Shown: positions 53,551-64,000 of the stretch, one piece after another
Layout of the letters: every line of letters starts with the position of its first letter
Numbering within the stretch: the first letter of the stretch is position 1
Source of the DNA: Bdellovibrionota bacterium
GTDB lineage: Bacteria > Bdellovibrionota_G > JALEGL01 > DATDPG01
Length of the DNA stretch: 64,000 nt
NCBI GenBank assembly: GCA_963668355.1
Contig: OY764265.1
Span: forward strand, 2,176,001-2,240,000
Direction of reading: 5' to 3'
The notes under the pieces: model-generated
Databases searched by the model: none
What the model saw: only the letters and a program-made list of their open reading frames with translations
What the model was told of the DNA's origin: nothing
Program-made: the position numbers and the translations under genes

Positions 53551-55116
53551 TCAGTCTGACGAAAGCCTTGATAGCTCGGGATGAGTTGGAAACTTCGTCT
53601 TTCCATCTGATAAAATTTCCTTTGAGCGTTCGATATTTCCAATTTTTTGATGGGAAAGGGCTCCTTGAAGATACACATCTGGATTCGCTTGTTTTGTCTC
53701 AATGGCTTGATCAAAAAGTCTTGCGGCAGTTTTGAAGTCCTGTTTTTGGGCTTGGCAGACTCCCCAATTTTGAAAAATAGCAGACTGGATGATTGGATTG
53801 GTTCCCCCTAGCTCATAGGCCGTGTGAAAAGCTTTGCAGGCATGGGCCCAATTTTTTTTGGAAGCCCAGGCTTCACCTTTCTTAAGCTGAATGATGGAAG
53901 ATCTTGGAAAGTGCTCCTCGGCATTGGCCCAATACTTTTCGGGGTGAGCCCAGAGAGCCACTCTCGTGAATCCCCAGCAGACATATCCTACGAGAATAAG
54001 TGTGCCAGCTATTTTTAAAGCTTTCGTATTGGACGAGGCGAATCGATTTGTGAGACTTGCTCCCAGAAGAAAGAGCCCAAGAGAAGGAAGATATAAGAAC
54101 CGTTCAGCAAATAAAATCGGATTGGGAACGAGGTTTAGATAAGGAAGAAAGGCAACCAGGAAAAAAATGAAAGCAAAGCCTTCTAGAAACCAACGTTTTT
54201 TGAAAAAGAAAATAAGCAGAAGGCTTCCCAGAAATAATCCAGATACATTCAACAGGTTTCCGAGAGAGATCGTGTTTGGAGCATGCGCAAGACTCGCGTA
54301 GGTAGCCTCTCTTAGAGGCGAAATCATGGTGATGAATGCTTCTGCGTAGATATCCAGGGCTGTCAGCCAATGAAACCCAAAGCCGTATTCACGAATTTCA
54401 TCTCGATGAGGCAATTGAACAAAGGCCATCAGATAAGCACCCAGCAATACCGTCAATAAGCCTAGAGGCATATACCTCTCCGGGGCGCGTTCAAAGAATT
54501 GTCTTTTGTCTTTTGCAAAGAAAAAATCCAGGAGAGGCAAAAAGGGAAACATCACCACGGCACTCTTCTTGGCTAAACAGGCCGCCAGAAAACAAACCAA
54601 GGAGAAAGATAAAAAGACAAGGGAGTGTTTTCTTGTTTTGTAGGAACGAATCCACAAAAGTAAACCGAACTGAACAAAAAGCAGGAGCATGAGGTCTTTT
54701 CTGGCCGAAATCCAGGTCACAACTTCTACAAAGGCGGGGTGAACCGCAAAAAGAGTGGCGAAAAACCAGGAGGTTTTCTGGGGCAGCGAAAAGCTCCGAA
54801 GAATGAAAAAAAACAATGAAGCGTTTAGAAGGTGCAATAAAATATTGGTTAAATGGAAAAACCAGGCTTTAGAGGTCCAAAAAGCGTTTGCCCAAAAGCT
54901 CGTGTCGGTTATGGGAAGGAACTCCCCATAGGTTTGACAGTGTCCATGCCAAATCAGGGAAAGAGACGACGCCGAGGGATTTCGCAAGCAGGGATTTGTT
55001 ACAATTTTTGAGTCGTCGAAGTTGAAAAATCCAAAAGAGATGGTCTTTCCATAAACCAAAAGGACCAGGCCGGCCGCAAAAAGGACTAAAAGGAGACGTT
55101 TCATGCTGGACTTCAT
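53551..55116 (-). CDS. TMTC-like GT-C membrane glycosyltransferase with TPR tail
   Basis: F.NFDD, HLTNILLH..N, LFAVHP..EVV.WIS.R.D, AERFLYLPS, C-terminal TPR repeats. Confidence 0.85.
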   Translation of the reverse strand: MKSSMKRLLLVLFAAGLVLLVYGKTISFGFFNFDDSKIVTNPCLRNPSASSLSLIWHGHCQTYGEFLPITDTSFWANAFWTSKAWFFHLTNILLHLLNASLFFFILRSFSLPQKTSWFFATLFAVHPAFVEVVTWISARKDLMLLLFVQFGLLLWIRSYKTRKHSLVFLSFSLVCFLAACLAKKSAVVMFPFLPLLDFFFAKDKRQFFERAPERYMPLGLLTVLLGAYLMAFVQLPHRDEIREYGFGFHWLTALDIYAEAFITMISPLREATYASLAHAPNTISLGNLLNVSGLFLGSLLLIFFFKKRWFLEGFAFIFFLVAFLPYLNLVPNPILFAERFLYLPSLGLFLLGASLTNRFASSNTKALKIAGTLILVGYVCWGFTRVALWAHPEKYWANAEEHFPRSSIIQLKKGEAWASKKNWAHACKAFHTAYELGGTNPIIQSAIFQNWGVCQAQKQDFKTAARLFDQAIETKQANPDVYLQGALSHQKIGNIERSKEILSDGKTKFPTHPELSRLSSD

Positions 55117-55169
55117 ACTTCGTCCAAGACCCTATCACGTAAATTCAGCCTTTTGAAAAGTTGAATGAT

Positions 55170-58100
55170 TTAAAAAGGGGAGGAGGCAATTTCTGCAGCG
55201 AGACGCTGAAATTCCTCTTTTACGGCCATTTGTGAATGGTAACGAAGTTGTGTTTCTTCCAAAGCTTGAATGAGTAACTCTCGTGCCCAAGGAATATGTG
55301 TTTTCTGTAAGTTTTCCAGAATTACGAAGGCTTCGAAAAGGGTGCTCTCGTATTGAGTTTTGGGAAACGGGATCCTGTTTTGAGATCGTTGTCGCTCGAA
55401 CCGCAAATTGCTTTGTTCTTGTTGGGTCTCCGACCAACCGATGACATCAGAAAATTGCTGGTTGATATCCTGAATCTCGAAGTCAATATCCTCGGCTCTC
55501 TTGCGTTGCTGACACATCAATAAATCATGGGAAATTTTGGATTTCCAATGAACCGACGGTGCGAAGGAAGGGGGATGGGGGGTATTAAGCACCTTTACGG
55601 TGAGAAGGGGTAGATCCTGAAAGTCAGTTTTGCATGACAGTACTTCTTGGGCAAGGTTTTGGGGAGCGGAAAAAGATATTTTTTCTTCAACCGAGTTCAA
55701 CATGCGAAGGGCCTCAAAGCTTTTTTGGGTATCGGATTGGTGAAATAGGAAATGTTCGGCCGTGATGCTTTCTTGGACCTGTTTTCGGAACATAGAATCT
55801 TTAAGCATGGCCTCAGCAAGAAGCCAGGCGTCCATATGGTCGAGGCGTTTTTGACTGAGCTTCCGAAAAATTTCCGAGTACTTTCGTAGAAAGGTTGCGT
55901 GAGCGTGGCGAAGCAAAGATTCTTTAAATGCCTTGATTGCAGAAGGTAAGTTTTGGGAGGTGAGGTCTGGATGGATAGAGGCATATGAAAGTTGATTGAC
56001 GGCATTGGTTAGCTGGTATTTAGTCACTTCGGTTCGGATGGGCGGCAAGACTACCCGTTGGAGTCCTTCCTGTAGGGTAAAAATAATAATGGATTGTGCC
56101 ACTGCCACTGCCCATCCGGGAGGACCCGCCGCCGTTTCTGCGGCTCCCACCAAAAGGCCAATCCGTCGGAGCCAGGGAAGACCGCGAAGTACGGTTCCAG
56201 TTGTTTGAGTGACTTTCCAACCCTGATAGGCCGTAAAAGGAAGGCGGAGAGCCGCGAAAGACATACCAGCAAAAGCCGTTTCCCCCAAAACTTCTGGTGT
56301 GAAATTTGCTCGCAAGGCTCTTTCTAAATTCGATTCCTTCCACGCCTGAATCAGAACATTGGAGGCCCACATGGCCATGGCTAGAGCGGCTCCGTGTTCC
56401 AGAAAAAAGCGACTCACATAATGTCTTGGAAGGGCAGCATGAACGGCTCGACTTTCAGACGCATGAATCATGGACATGAGGTTAAATGTGGCAACGTTTT
56501 CAGGGCTCAATACATGGTGAATGAGATCGCGAAGCTCATGGACGTTACCATCTGCCAAAGCCCAAAAGGCACTCGAACCGATCTGTCCAGCAAGAACGTC
56601 CCGCCAGCTTCGCACCCATCCAGCTGATGCTCGGTTCAATCCGAGTCTTTCGAGTGAGGGCAGGTCAGGAAAATGAGATTTTTGAAGCCCTCCCAACATG
56701 GTTCCCAGAATGATGTCGTTTCCGGAGCGTTCTTGAGAGACTTGTTTAAGTGCTTCATGTTCATGCCAAAGAATGGATCGAAAGACTTTTGGTTTGATTA
56801 AATTCAATCTGCGAAGAGAAAGTTCACGCATTTCCGATTTTGTTATGATTCCTCGTTCCAATGCTTCCTTGATGGCCAGGCGATTCTCTCGTTCAAATCC
56901 TTGAGGAACAGGTCCGCGTAGTTGTTGGGCTTGCGTTTCTGTGGCCGTTGAAATCCCATTTGTGAAGCGTTGGCGATACTGATTGAATGAAGTTTGGGAA
57001 TTCAGTCGAAATCCGATTTCTGTATTTCGTTCATTTGCGCTGACCGTAAGGTTTGAAGATCCGTCAATCACCACATGTCGTTCTTCTCCCTGAATCAAGA
57101 TGAATTTGTGATGCATCTTATCCCGATATCCAAACGAGTGCGGGTAGGCAGGAGAATTTTCAAAGACGGAAACGCGGACGCGGTGGGACGAGAATTCATA
57201 TTCCATTTGTTTTAGGTCTGAGAGGCGACTTCGGCGATCTTTTGCTGTGCTCCAATCCATCAACACCTCGACATGGAATTGTGAGTAAGTTTCCAAGTTC
57301 TGGCGGATTGCGGAGATGATTTCTGGGTGGGTGATCCAAAAAGCAGCGATATGGACGCTGCGGGTTCCAACGGTTCGAATGAGATTGGCGGTCTCTTCGA
57401 TGCTTCGAGTCAAGGGAGAGACCCAGAGTTCCACTTCCGTGTTGCCCACGCGAAACGCTTTTTTCCCTTCCCCTTTTAATTCATTTCCGAAAAAACCATC
57501 TTCCATCTGATTCGTATATTGGTACAGCCAAGTTGCCATCTCAGGACTTTGAAAAATGGTTAGGCTGTTATGGTTTCCCCAGCTCAAGGCACGACCATTA
57601 AGGTCGAAATCTCCATGAACTCCACTTCGCGTCCAATTTGCACTTGTGATGATGACCGCTCCGTTCGGGTGGCCTGGATCTCGAAGAAGCGTTTTGGAGT
57701 GTTGAATTCCAGGCCAATGAGGGTGACGTGCTCGGAATTCGGCATTCGTGTATACGGGTATTCCATGATTCTCCAGCCGCTGTGCCTGAGCGGCAGCCAT
57801 TTCTCGGCGGTTGGAAAAGTGTTCCAAGGCACGATGAAAAGCCCCTTCATCTGGAAAAAACTCTCTTCCCTCCTCGATGGAACCTCCTTCTTTGAGCAAT
57901 TCTTTTTCCGTTCGTTTTCCAAGCCTTGAGGGCTCTTCCAAATATTCTCCGTCGAGAATCACAGATACCTCCACACCCCTTTCCTGGGCCCGAATTAAGG
58001 CTTCTGTGAAGTCCGGCAGATTCAATTCGTATCCAGTGACGACCACGCGCTCTTGAGCTTGTTGAATGAAGTCGATGGACACCTTTTCAAGATCTATTCT

Positions 58101-58301
58101 CCCATGGGCAGGGTTTCCTGGAAAAGCCACCTCATGTGCGACGGGCTGATTAAAGAAGTGCTGAATGCCTTGCTGGGAGGTTGATTTTGGGGAGTCTAGG
58201 TCAGCTTCGAGTGTTTTTGCATTTGTCGTAAAGCAAAATGATGCGAATGTGAAAAAAGAAACAGTTATCCAGAACAAAGAAATCCCGTTTAACATCCCCA
58301 C
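55170..58301 (-). CDS. Secreted phospholipase D-family protein with long C-terminal extension
   Basis: Signal peptide; HSKTLLRD..SANWT and HHKFILI..GSSNLT motifs. Confidence 0.8.
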   Translation of the reverse strand: MGMLNGISLFWITVSFFTFASFCFTTNAKTLEADLDSPKSTSQQGIQHFFNQPVAHEVAFPGNPAHGRIDLEKVSIDFIQQAQERVVVTGYELNLPDFTEALIRAQERGVEVSVILDGEYLEEPSRLGKRTEKELLKEGGSIEEGREFFPDEGAFHRALEHFSNRREMAAAQAQRLENHGIPVYTNAEFRARHPHWPGIQHSKTLLRDPGHPNGAVIITSANWTRSGVHGDFDLNGRALSWGNHNSLTIFQSPEMATWLYQYTNQMEDGFFGNELKGEGKKAFRVGNTEVELWVSPLTRSIEETANLIRTVGTRSVHIAAFWITHPEIISAIRQNLETYSQFHVEVLMDWSTAKDRRSRLSDLKQMEYEFSSHRVRVSVFENSPAYPHSFGYRDKMHHKFILIQGEERHVVIDGSSNLTVSANERNTEIGFRLNSQTSFNQYRQRFTNGISTATETQAQQLRGPVPQGFERENRLAIKEALERGIITKSEMRELSLRRLNLIKPKVFRSILWHEHEALKQVSQERSGNDIILGTMLGGLQKSHFPDLPSLERLGLNRASAGWVRSWRDVLAGQIGSSAFWALADGNVHELRDLIHHVLSPENVATFNLMSMIHASESRAVHAALPRHYVSRFFLEHGAALAMAMWASNVLIQAWKESNLERALRANFTPEVLGETAFAGMSFAALRLPFTAYQGWKVTQTTGTVLRGLPWLRRIGLLVGAAETAAGPPGWAVAVAQSIIIFTLQEGLQRVVLPPIRTEVTKYQLTNAVNQLSYASIHPDLTSQNLPSAIKAFKESLLRHAHATFLRKYSEIFRKLSQKRLDHMDAWLLAEAMLKDSMFRKQVQESITAEHFLFHQSDTQKSFEALRMLNSVEEKISFSAPQNLAQEVLSCKTDFQDLPLLTVKVLNTPHPPSFAPSVHWKSKISHDLLMCQQRKRAEDIDFEIQDINQQFSDVIGWSETQQEQSNLRFERQRSQNRIPFPKTQYESTLFEAFVILENLQKTHIPWARELLIQALEETQLRYHSQMAVKEEFQRLAAEIASSPF

Positions 58302-58430
58302 TCCCCTCTGTGGTGATCAGGCTTTTTCCGTTTTTTCGAATTAAATCGACGCCCCTACGATGTCGATATCAAACATCTATCAATGACTATCGAAATCACA
58401 AGTTAAAGTTCATTAAAGGATTTTCTTCCA

Positions 58431-59525
58431 CTATTTTTGAGGAACGAGAAAAGCATGGGTTAACCTTTCATTTAAAGGAAAGGTCGAATGGCCATGATTT
58501 GCTTGTTTGAGAGCGGGACGGTCTTCGCGGGGATCGAAGGTGACCAAAGGTTGTGGCCATTTGTCTCTTTCGAGCCAGGCAGAAGCCTCCCATCCAAAAT
58601 GATCTGAATAGTTGATCTTAATTCCCTTTTCCATGGGTATTCGCTTTTGAAATACTTGACCCATGTCCTCTATCGAAAAGTGTTCCGAAAAAAGGATGTG
58701 GTCTACTTTTCCATCATTCCTTCTTTTATATGAATTTGAACGACATATTGTACAAACCTCTTCCAGAGGACCTTCCAAATCAGTTTTTTGGAATCCCAAA
58801 AGAAGGTCAAACCCAATTCGATCATAGATCCTCTCATAGGTTCGTACACCACCAAGGTAGGGACCGAAATTGAAATCTCCTCCAAAGATTGTGGGAGCTT
58901 CACCCGCTTTCTCTAAGAGCCACTTGGAAGCGAGTTCAAATTGTTTTTGTCTCGCTTCTCGATAGTATCTTTGAAAATCGTGGTGCATCGAGGCGAGATG
59001 AGTATTGCCAACCCAGATCGCACCCAATTCGGGGTGGAGAATTTTGGCGACGACCACGGATTTATGGGCGAAACCCTCGCCATCTGAGAAGGCGTCTCTC
59101 AAGCTTGCGTAAGGAGGAAACGTTAAGCGATCCAACTGAGAAAGCGGATAACGACTTAAAATCATCAATCCACTATCTTTTTTATAGCCTCTGTCCTGAT
59201 CAAATTGAGCGGAGTGGAAGCCGCAGTTGGCTAATCGCGCTTGATCTTCGAGTTCCCAGACTTCCTGCAAAAGAATGAGGTCAAATCCTCCATTTTTTTT
59301 AGCTGCTTGGCGTTTAAGTTCTTCACAAAACTCTCGGAGTCGAAAATCTTTATGCCTTACCTCTCCGGGACGAATCCGGATGAGTTTTTCACTAAGAATG
59401 GAAATGGGTTCTATCCCCCACACATTGAATGTGGCCACACGAATTTTCGACTCGTCAAAATAGGAATGGCCCCAAAGAGTGGTGGCCCAAAGGCAGGTTC
59501 CGAGTACCAAAAAAAATCGCAGCAA
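58431..59525 (-). CDS. Secreted endonuclease/exonuclease/phosphatase (sphingomyelinase-like)
   Basis: TFNVW, LQEVW, DSGL.ILSRYP, NTHL, GDFN, DHI, SDH. Confidence 0.85.
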   Translation of the reverse strand: MLRFFLVLGTCLWATTLWGHSYFDESKIRVATFNVWGIEPISILSEKLIRIRPGEVRHKDFRLREFCEELKRQAAKKNGGFDLILLQEVWELEDQARLANCGFHSAQFDQDRGYKKDSGLMILSRYPLSQLDRLTFPPYASLRDAFSDGEGFAHKSVVVAKILHPELGAIWVGNTHLASMHHDFQRYYREARQKQFELASKWLLEKAGEAPTIFGGDFNFGPYLGGVRTYERIYDRIGFDLLLGFQKTDLEGPLEEVCTICRSNSYKRRNDGKVDHILFSEHFSIEDMGQVFQKRIPMEKGIKINYSDHFGWEASAWLERDKWPQPLVTFDPREDRPALKQANHGHSTFPLNERLTHAFLVPQK

Positions 59526-59623
59526 AGTATCCCTCCTGGAGACAAAGCCTAAGGGAAGTGGCTAAAGAAGCGATTAAGCTGACGTAAAAAGTTTTTAAAA
59601 CTTTAGTCTGGTTCAGATCGAAT

Positions 59624-62358
59624 TCATGAAACAGAGGAAAGGGGACTCTTTTGATTTGGTGGAGACTGAGAGTCATCTTCCATAAAATCAAGACTGATTA
59701 ATGTTTCTCTCACGATTCGATCCACGGCGTATGTTTTTACGCGATCGAGACAACCGCTCTCCAGTCTCTTCTTCAGAAGGGGTTCACCCAGGAATCGAAG
59801 TGTGGCTTGGGTAAACTCATGGAAATTCTGTGCGAGGAGACCACATTTTTCGTGTTCGATGATGTCCTTTGGACCCTTTACTCCATAAGAAATGACGGGA
59901 GTTCCGCAGGCCAGGGACTCCACCACGACGTTGCCGAATGTGTCAAATTGAGAAGGAAAAAGCATGACATCAGAGGCCGCATAAGCACGAGCCAAATTTT
60001 CTCGTGAAAGCCAATCTAAATAGATTTCGTTTGGCATTTCTTGTTTGAGTGTTGAAAGCGCGGGCCCCGTCCCCGCGACGACCAAGCGAGCGTTTGGAAA
60101 AGACTTTCGAACCTCTTTCATGAGTTCAGGAATTCCATGATTCCCTTTTCTTTGCTCACTCGACCTGCGAAAAGCAAAATGGGGTCTCCATCATGAACAC
60201 CTTGGAATACTTCGGACTTTGGTATTCCTTGAGGTTTAAATTCAGGGGCAATCCAATGTGCTGTACGATGTATTTGATTTTTCGATATGCCCATCACTGG
60301 AGAAGCTAACCAATTGGCGTGTTCCTCATTCAGCACAAAAACACCGTCAAAAGCCCGGTAAAGTTGACGGAGGAGTCGTCGAAGCCGATCTTGATACTTT
60401 TCGTCAAAACCCAATGTTCGTTTGGAAAAATCTAACCAATCTGTGTGCATATAAAAATGTGCGGGTACCGTGTAACAGCTTTTTAGGTGAAGTGCGGCCA
60501 TCCCCATGAGTAATTCCGTGGAACAAAGTATTCGATCATAGCCTCCAGCTAGAAAGAGGTTTTGCAAGTCTATTAAGTCAAACACGCGCAGCTTTTGATC
60601 CGGATATTGGGGAATTTCAAGAATTGCGGTAGGCCTTAAGATATGTAAATGCGGTTGGTTTTCGGCATTTTCATGGCAAGTTGCGAAATCGATGGGGAGG
60701 TTTTGTTCGACACATTCTTGATGCCAAAGGCGCGCCGTGTGAGCGACACCATTTTTGTCAAAGAATGTATCGGTTAACCATAGAACCCTTTTGGGGTGGA
60801 TATGTTTGTGGACGCGTTTGGCGACCGAATTCAACAGTGGCCTGCTTGTAAACAAAACTCGGCTACTCATGTAGGCACTGGATCCAATGACAGAGGCCGC
60901 CAGAGCGGGGAAGGGTAGCCCGTCTGCAAAAGACATCAAATCAATATGGCTGATTCCCTCAGTCTTTTTCTGTTCTTCTCCAAGACCTCCAAATAAGGCG
61001 CGTAGGTCCACAGGAAGCTCGAGTCTTTCAATAAACTCGGTGGCACAACGAATCGGGCTTTGAGTGGATGTAGGACTTGGTAGAACGTTTTCCAAGTTTT
61101 TTGTAATTCTTTTCGCCAAAATTTTGTTCAATTCATGGAATATTCGAGGGATTGAGCTACTTACTGTTTTTTGAAATAGATCTCCTTGAGAATTTCTCGC
61201 ATGGGCAATGGCCTCTAACTCTCTGGCCAGAGGACGAAAATCTTTTGAAAGTCCCAATCGTTGGAAGAAACTAACCTTTCGACCTCTTAACGCTTCATGA
61301 GAGGCTTTTACAAACCGACGCGTGTATCGGTGTCTTCGGATCTCGAACACGGCATTGGCAATGAGATAGGCCCAAATTTTTTGCGTCGTTGTGCCTTGGT
61401 GCAGAAGGAGGCGAATCAATCCGGGGTCTTCTGCGTATAGCACCGCTTGACAGAAATAATCCAAAAAAGCAGAGGGAAGTTTTTCTTCTCCACACCATGA
61501 TCCAAACGGAACGATTTCCCCTTTTCGTAATCCATCCAAAGCCAATGCCGAAGCTGGGTGTGTTTTGAGTTTCAACTCCAAATCAGGGACATGGATCCGC
61601 GTCCCGGTCATTCCGGTGAATAAGGCCATGTGATCGTCGGATCCGCCTGTGAGTACTTTCTTGTATGGGTTTGTACAGAATCTTCCTGGAGAAATGCCTA
61701 TTTTTTTTGATAAGGATTCAATCTTCTCCTCATTGAGAGATTGAATCCAGGAAACGACAAGCGCATTTTGCCAGGTATCTCTCTGTCCATTGATTCCTTC
61801 GAATCTCTCGAACAGCAGTGTCAGTCTTTCCAGCATCTCAATGGAAGGTACGCTGGTTCGAGTATAGAAGTATAAAGGATGGGCCAGAACCGTCACAATT
61901 TGATGCTCCAAAGTATATTCTAAGAATGCATAGAGATTCTTTCGCTTTCGGTTCAAAACGGCTTCCTGATCTGGCGAAAATCCGTATGTAAGGACATGGA
62001 TCTGGATGTCGACATCTGGAATGCTGCATGTGAATTCGGCCGCGGGTACGACGTCATATCCTTGGTTGAGCAAATTCCAGCAGGAACGTGCATTATTGTG
62101 GTTGGTGATCGTGATGGCTCCGAGAGCCCTCTGTTCGAGAGTGCGAATTACACCATCTGTTGAAACCCATGTCTCAGGCCATCTTAAAATACGCCCTAAC
62201 AATTCATCGAAGACGTCACTTTGGGCATCGTGACAGTGTAGATCGATGGAGAGCATGTCCTGTTTTGGGTACTTTTGGTTTTCTTTCTCAATGAAGGTTT
62301 GAATGCTTGAATGTAATCCTTCTCGAAATTTGTTGGTTTGAGTTGTCATGTTAAGCAT
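59624..62358 (-). pseudogene. PHP-domain plus GT4 glycosyltransferase fusion split by an apparent 1-bp frameshift (ORFs 60118-62358 and 59624-60121)
   Basis: DLHCH, ITNHN, AHP and GGSDDH PHP motifs; the GT4 GRVSKEKG motif continues in another frame into FPSQFDTFGNVVVESLACGTPV. Confidence 0.7.
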
Positions 62359-63529
62359 TCTCCTTCTTTGTTTTGTATAGGTTGTTTGTTTTTAAAAGAT
62401 TAAGGAGTGAGGCGGCCCAAATCATGGAATCATCGGTTTCGATTAGAGAACTTTGAAAAAGGGTTTTGCTTTTCGAATCAATGACTTCGGGAAAACAGGA
62501 AAGACGTTCAATGAGGTTTTGGTATTGTTTCAATTGGATTAAAAAGCTTGGGTGTTTGAATTTTTTCAAGATGGCTAAATAGTCGAGTCCCAGAGAAGTC
62601 CACACCGCATCCGTTTGCCAAGCGTGGAAGGTTTCCAAGGGAAGCATTTTTCTTTTGGGATGTGAACTGATGCCATATCGAGCGGGCATTGGATCTAAGA
62701 GTCCAGTTTTTTCCATCCAAGGAATAACGAGGTTGAGTCGTGTTCTTTCAGAATCATCCTTCAACCCCACAAGGAAAGGCATGATTTGGGCATCTCCAGA
62801 AGGATAGAAATCTCCCTTTAAATCATCCATAAAGTGATCGGTCCTCCAAAAGTGCTTGAGGATTTGAGACGAAAAATCGATGTCTTCCAGAGGATTAAAG
62901 AGCCCAAGAGATATCAAACTTCGTTGGATGAGCAAACACACCGAGTTTGAGTAACAGGAGGAATTGCGGTGTGCATAGTCTTGGGCTTCGGAAAAGAGGG
63001 TTTCTTTTCGGACCAGTTTGTCTGAGTCCAGTACGAGATGATAAAATCGTTCAATTTCCCGTTCGAGGAATGTCCGATGTCTTTTGACAAGCCAGGGATC
63101 GTTTAAGCACGACATTCCGTGGAGGAAATAAGCAAATCCATCTGGAGAATAGGATGGGAAGTCGAAACATTTTCCAGATGGACTGATGATGAGTGTGAAG
63201 TGACCCTCACTTTCATAATGTTTAAAAGCATATTCAAATGTGCTCTCAACCCAGCGATCAAAGCCGCAGGCCAGAAGAGAAGGGACGGTGCGCCCAAAAT
63301 CCCTCGCGTAGAACTCTGGGTAGGTTGTCGGACTGGTCATAAAGAAACGTTTGCGCGAATGGAAACACCGTCGAATGATTTGTTCACAAATATCTTCGGC
63401 GGATCCAGGGTAAGTTTTTCGTCCTGAGATTTTCCTTCGAAACCCTTCTTTGAGGATTCGAGCGCCCTCCGAAAACAAAGTGCCGAAGCGAACAAACGTC
63501 TGAGCACTGGCCCATTTCGAGGCTTTCAC
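62351..63529 (-). CDS. Six-hairpin glycosidase-like protein
   Basis: FYARDF, W...VW..LG and FPEV motifs reminiscent of (alpha/alpha)6 glycosidases; coupled to the GT gene. Confidence 0.45.
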   Translation of the reverse strand: MKASKWASAQTFVRFGTLFSEGARILKEGFRRKISGRKTYPGSAEDICEQIIRRCFHSRKRFFMTSPTTYPEFYARDFGRTVPSLLACGFDRWVESTFEYAFKHYESEGHFTLIISPSGKCFDFPSYSPDGFAYFLHGMSCLNDPWLVKRHRTFLEREIERFYHLVLDSDKLVRKETLFSEAQDYAHRNSSCYSNSVCLLIQRSLISLGLFNPLEDIDFSSQILKHFWRTDHFMDDLKGDFYPSGDAQIMPFLVGLKDDSERTRLNLVIPWMEKTGLLDPMPARYGISSHPKRKMLPLETFHAWQTDAVWTSLGLDYLAILKKFKHPSFLIQLKQYQNLIERLSCFPEVIDSKSKTLFQSSLIETDDSMIWAASLLNLLKTNNLYKTKKENA

Positions 63530-63563
63530 GAAACCACGCTAACAGGGGATTGTTAAGGGTTTG

Positions 63564-64000
63564 TTAGGAAAGTGTAAGGATTTCAATGCCTTTCTTGTGG
63601 CAAGGCAAGGCGTATGGTTTTTCCATTGTGTCGATTTCGAACGAGAAGGGTTTCTTCATCCATTGTCCATTCGATCGTTTGATTTTGAAGGGGAATCGTA
63701 CCTTCAAGCGCAATTCCATTTTGAGAATAATAGACCGGGGAATTCGGTGTTCCCAGATTCGAATCGAAATAAAATCCGGTGGTCGCAAGGAGGCTTAGAA
63801 AAATTGGCGTGGAAAGCTGCTCCACGGCAAGAGGGCCTTCCACGATTTTGACCACAGCCCAAAGAAGGGCCACACCAAGTGTGGCTATGGAAATACCCTG
63901 AATGAATGAGTGCTCAAGCTCATCGGCGGTAAAAGGTTGCGATTGCTGTGAGATGAGAAATTGATACTTATCTTGTGTAACGGGTTTCCAATCTTTTGTG
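63564..64000 (-). CDS. Probable 3' part of a gene extending beyond the window; frame uncertain
   Basis: Minus-strand ORFs 63583-63873 and 63564-63788, with a hydrophobic segment in the former. Confidence 0.3.

Overview
Bacterial chromosomal window. The lineage is inferred only: the tmRNA tag, the deltaproteobacterial-type Zur/NikR-like boxes and the many secreted orphan proteins fit Bdellovibrionota or former Deltaproteobacteria. Layout: (1) 1-2.7 kb, end of a secreted/membrane protein, a nucleotide kinase and a histone H1-like protein. (2) tmRNA at 2871-3219. (3) An accessory/defence island of about 20 kb (3.2-25 kb) with no integrase seen. It holds GIY-YIG, KAP NTPase, HsdR_N-like, TM-HerA and HEPN-like genes, a CapE-CdnE CBASS operon extended by a DisA_N/DAC-domain gene, a MepA-like lipoprotein and others. 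Many of these genes are tightly bracketed by one family of GGGGACA..TGTCCCC REP-like hairpins. (4) Metal homeostasis genes (Fur/Zur-like regulator, FmdE plus ABC transporter) with candidate operators, then RND-TolC. (5) An apparently split Rhs/Tc-like locus at 39.3-51.8 kb: one 1963-aa secreted shell with no Rhs core, plus three separately encoded, signal-peptide-bearing Rhs-core 'caps' with different C-terminal cargoes. (6) Housekeeping and lipid/glycan enzymes (xth, radical SAM, TMTC-like, PLD, EEP, a frameshifted PHP-GT4, a glycosidase-like gene). All family calls come from motif recognition by eye; no database searches were run.
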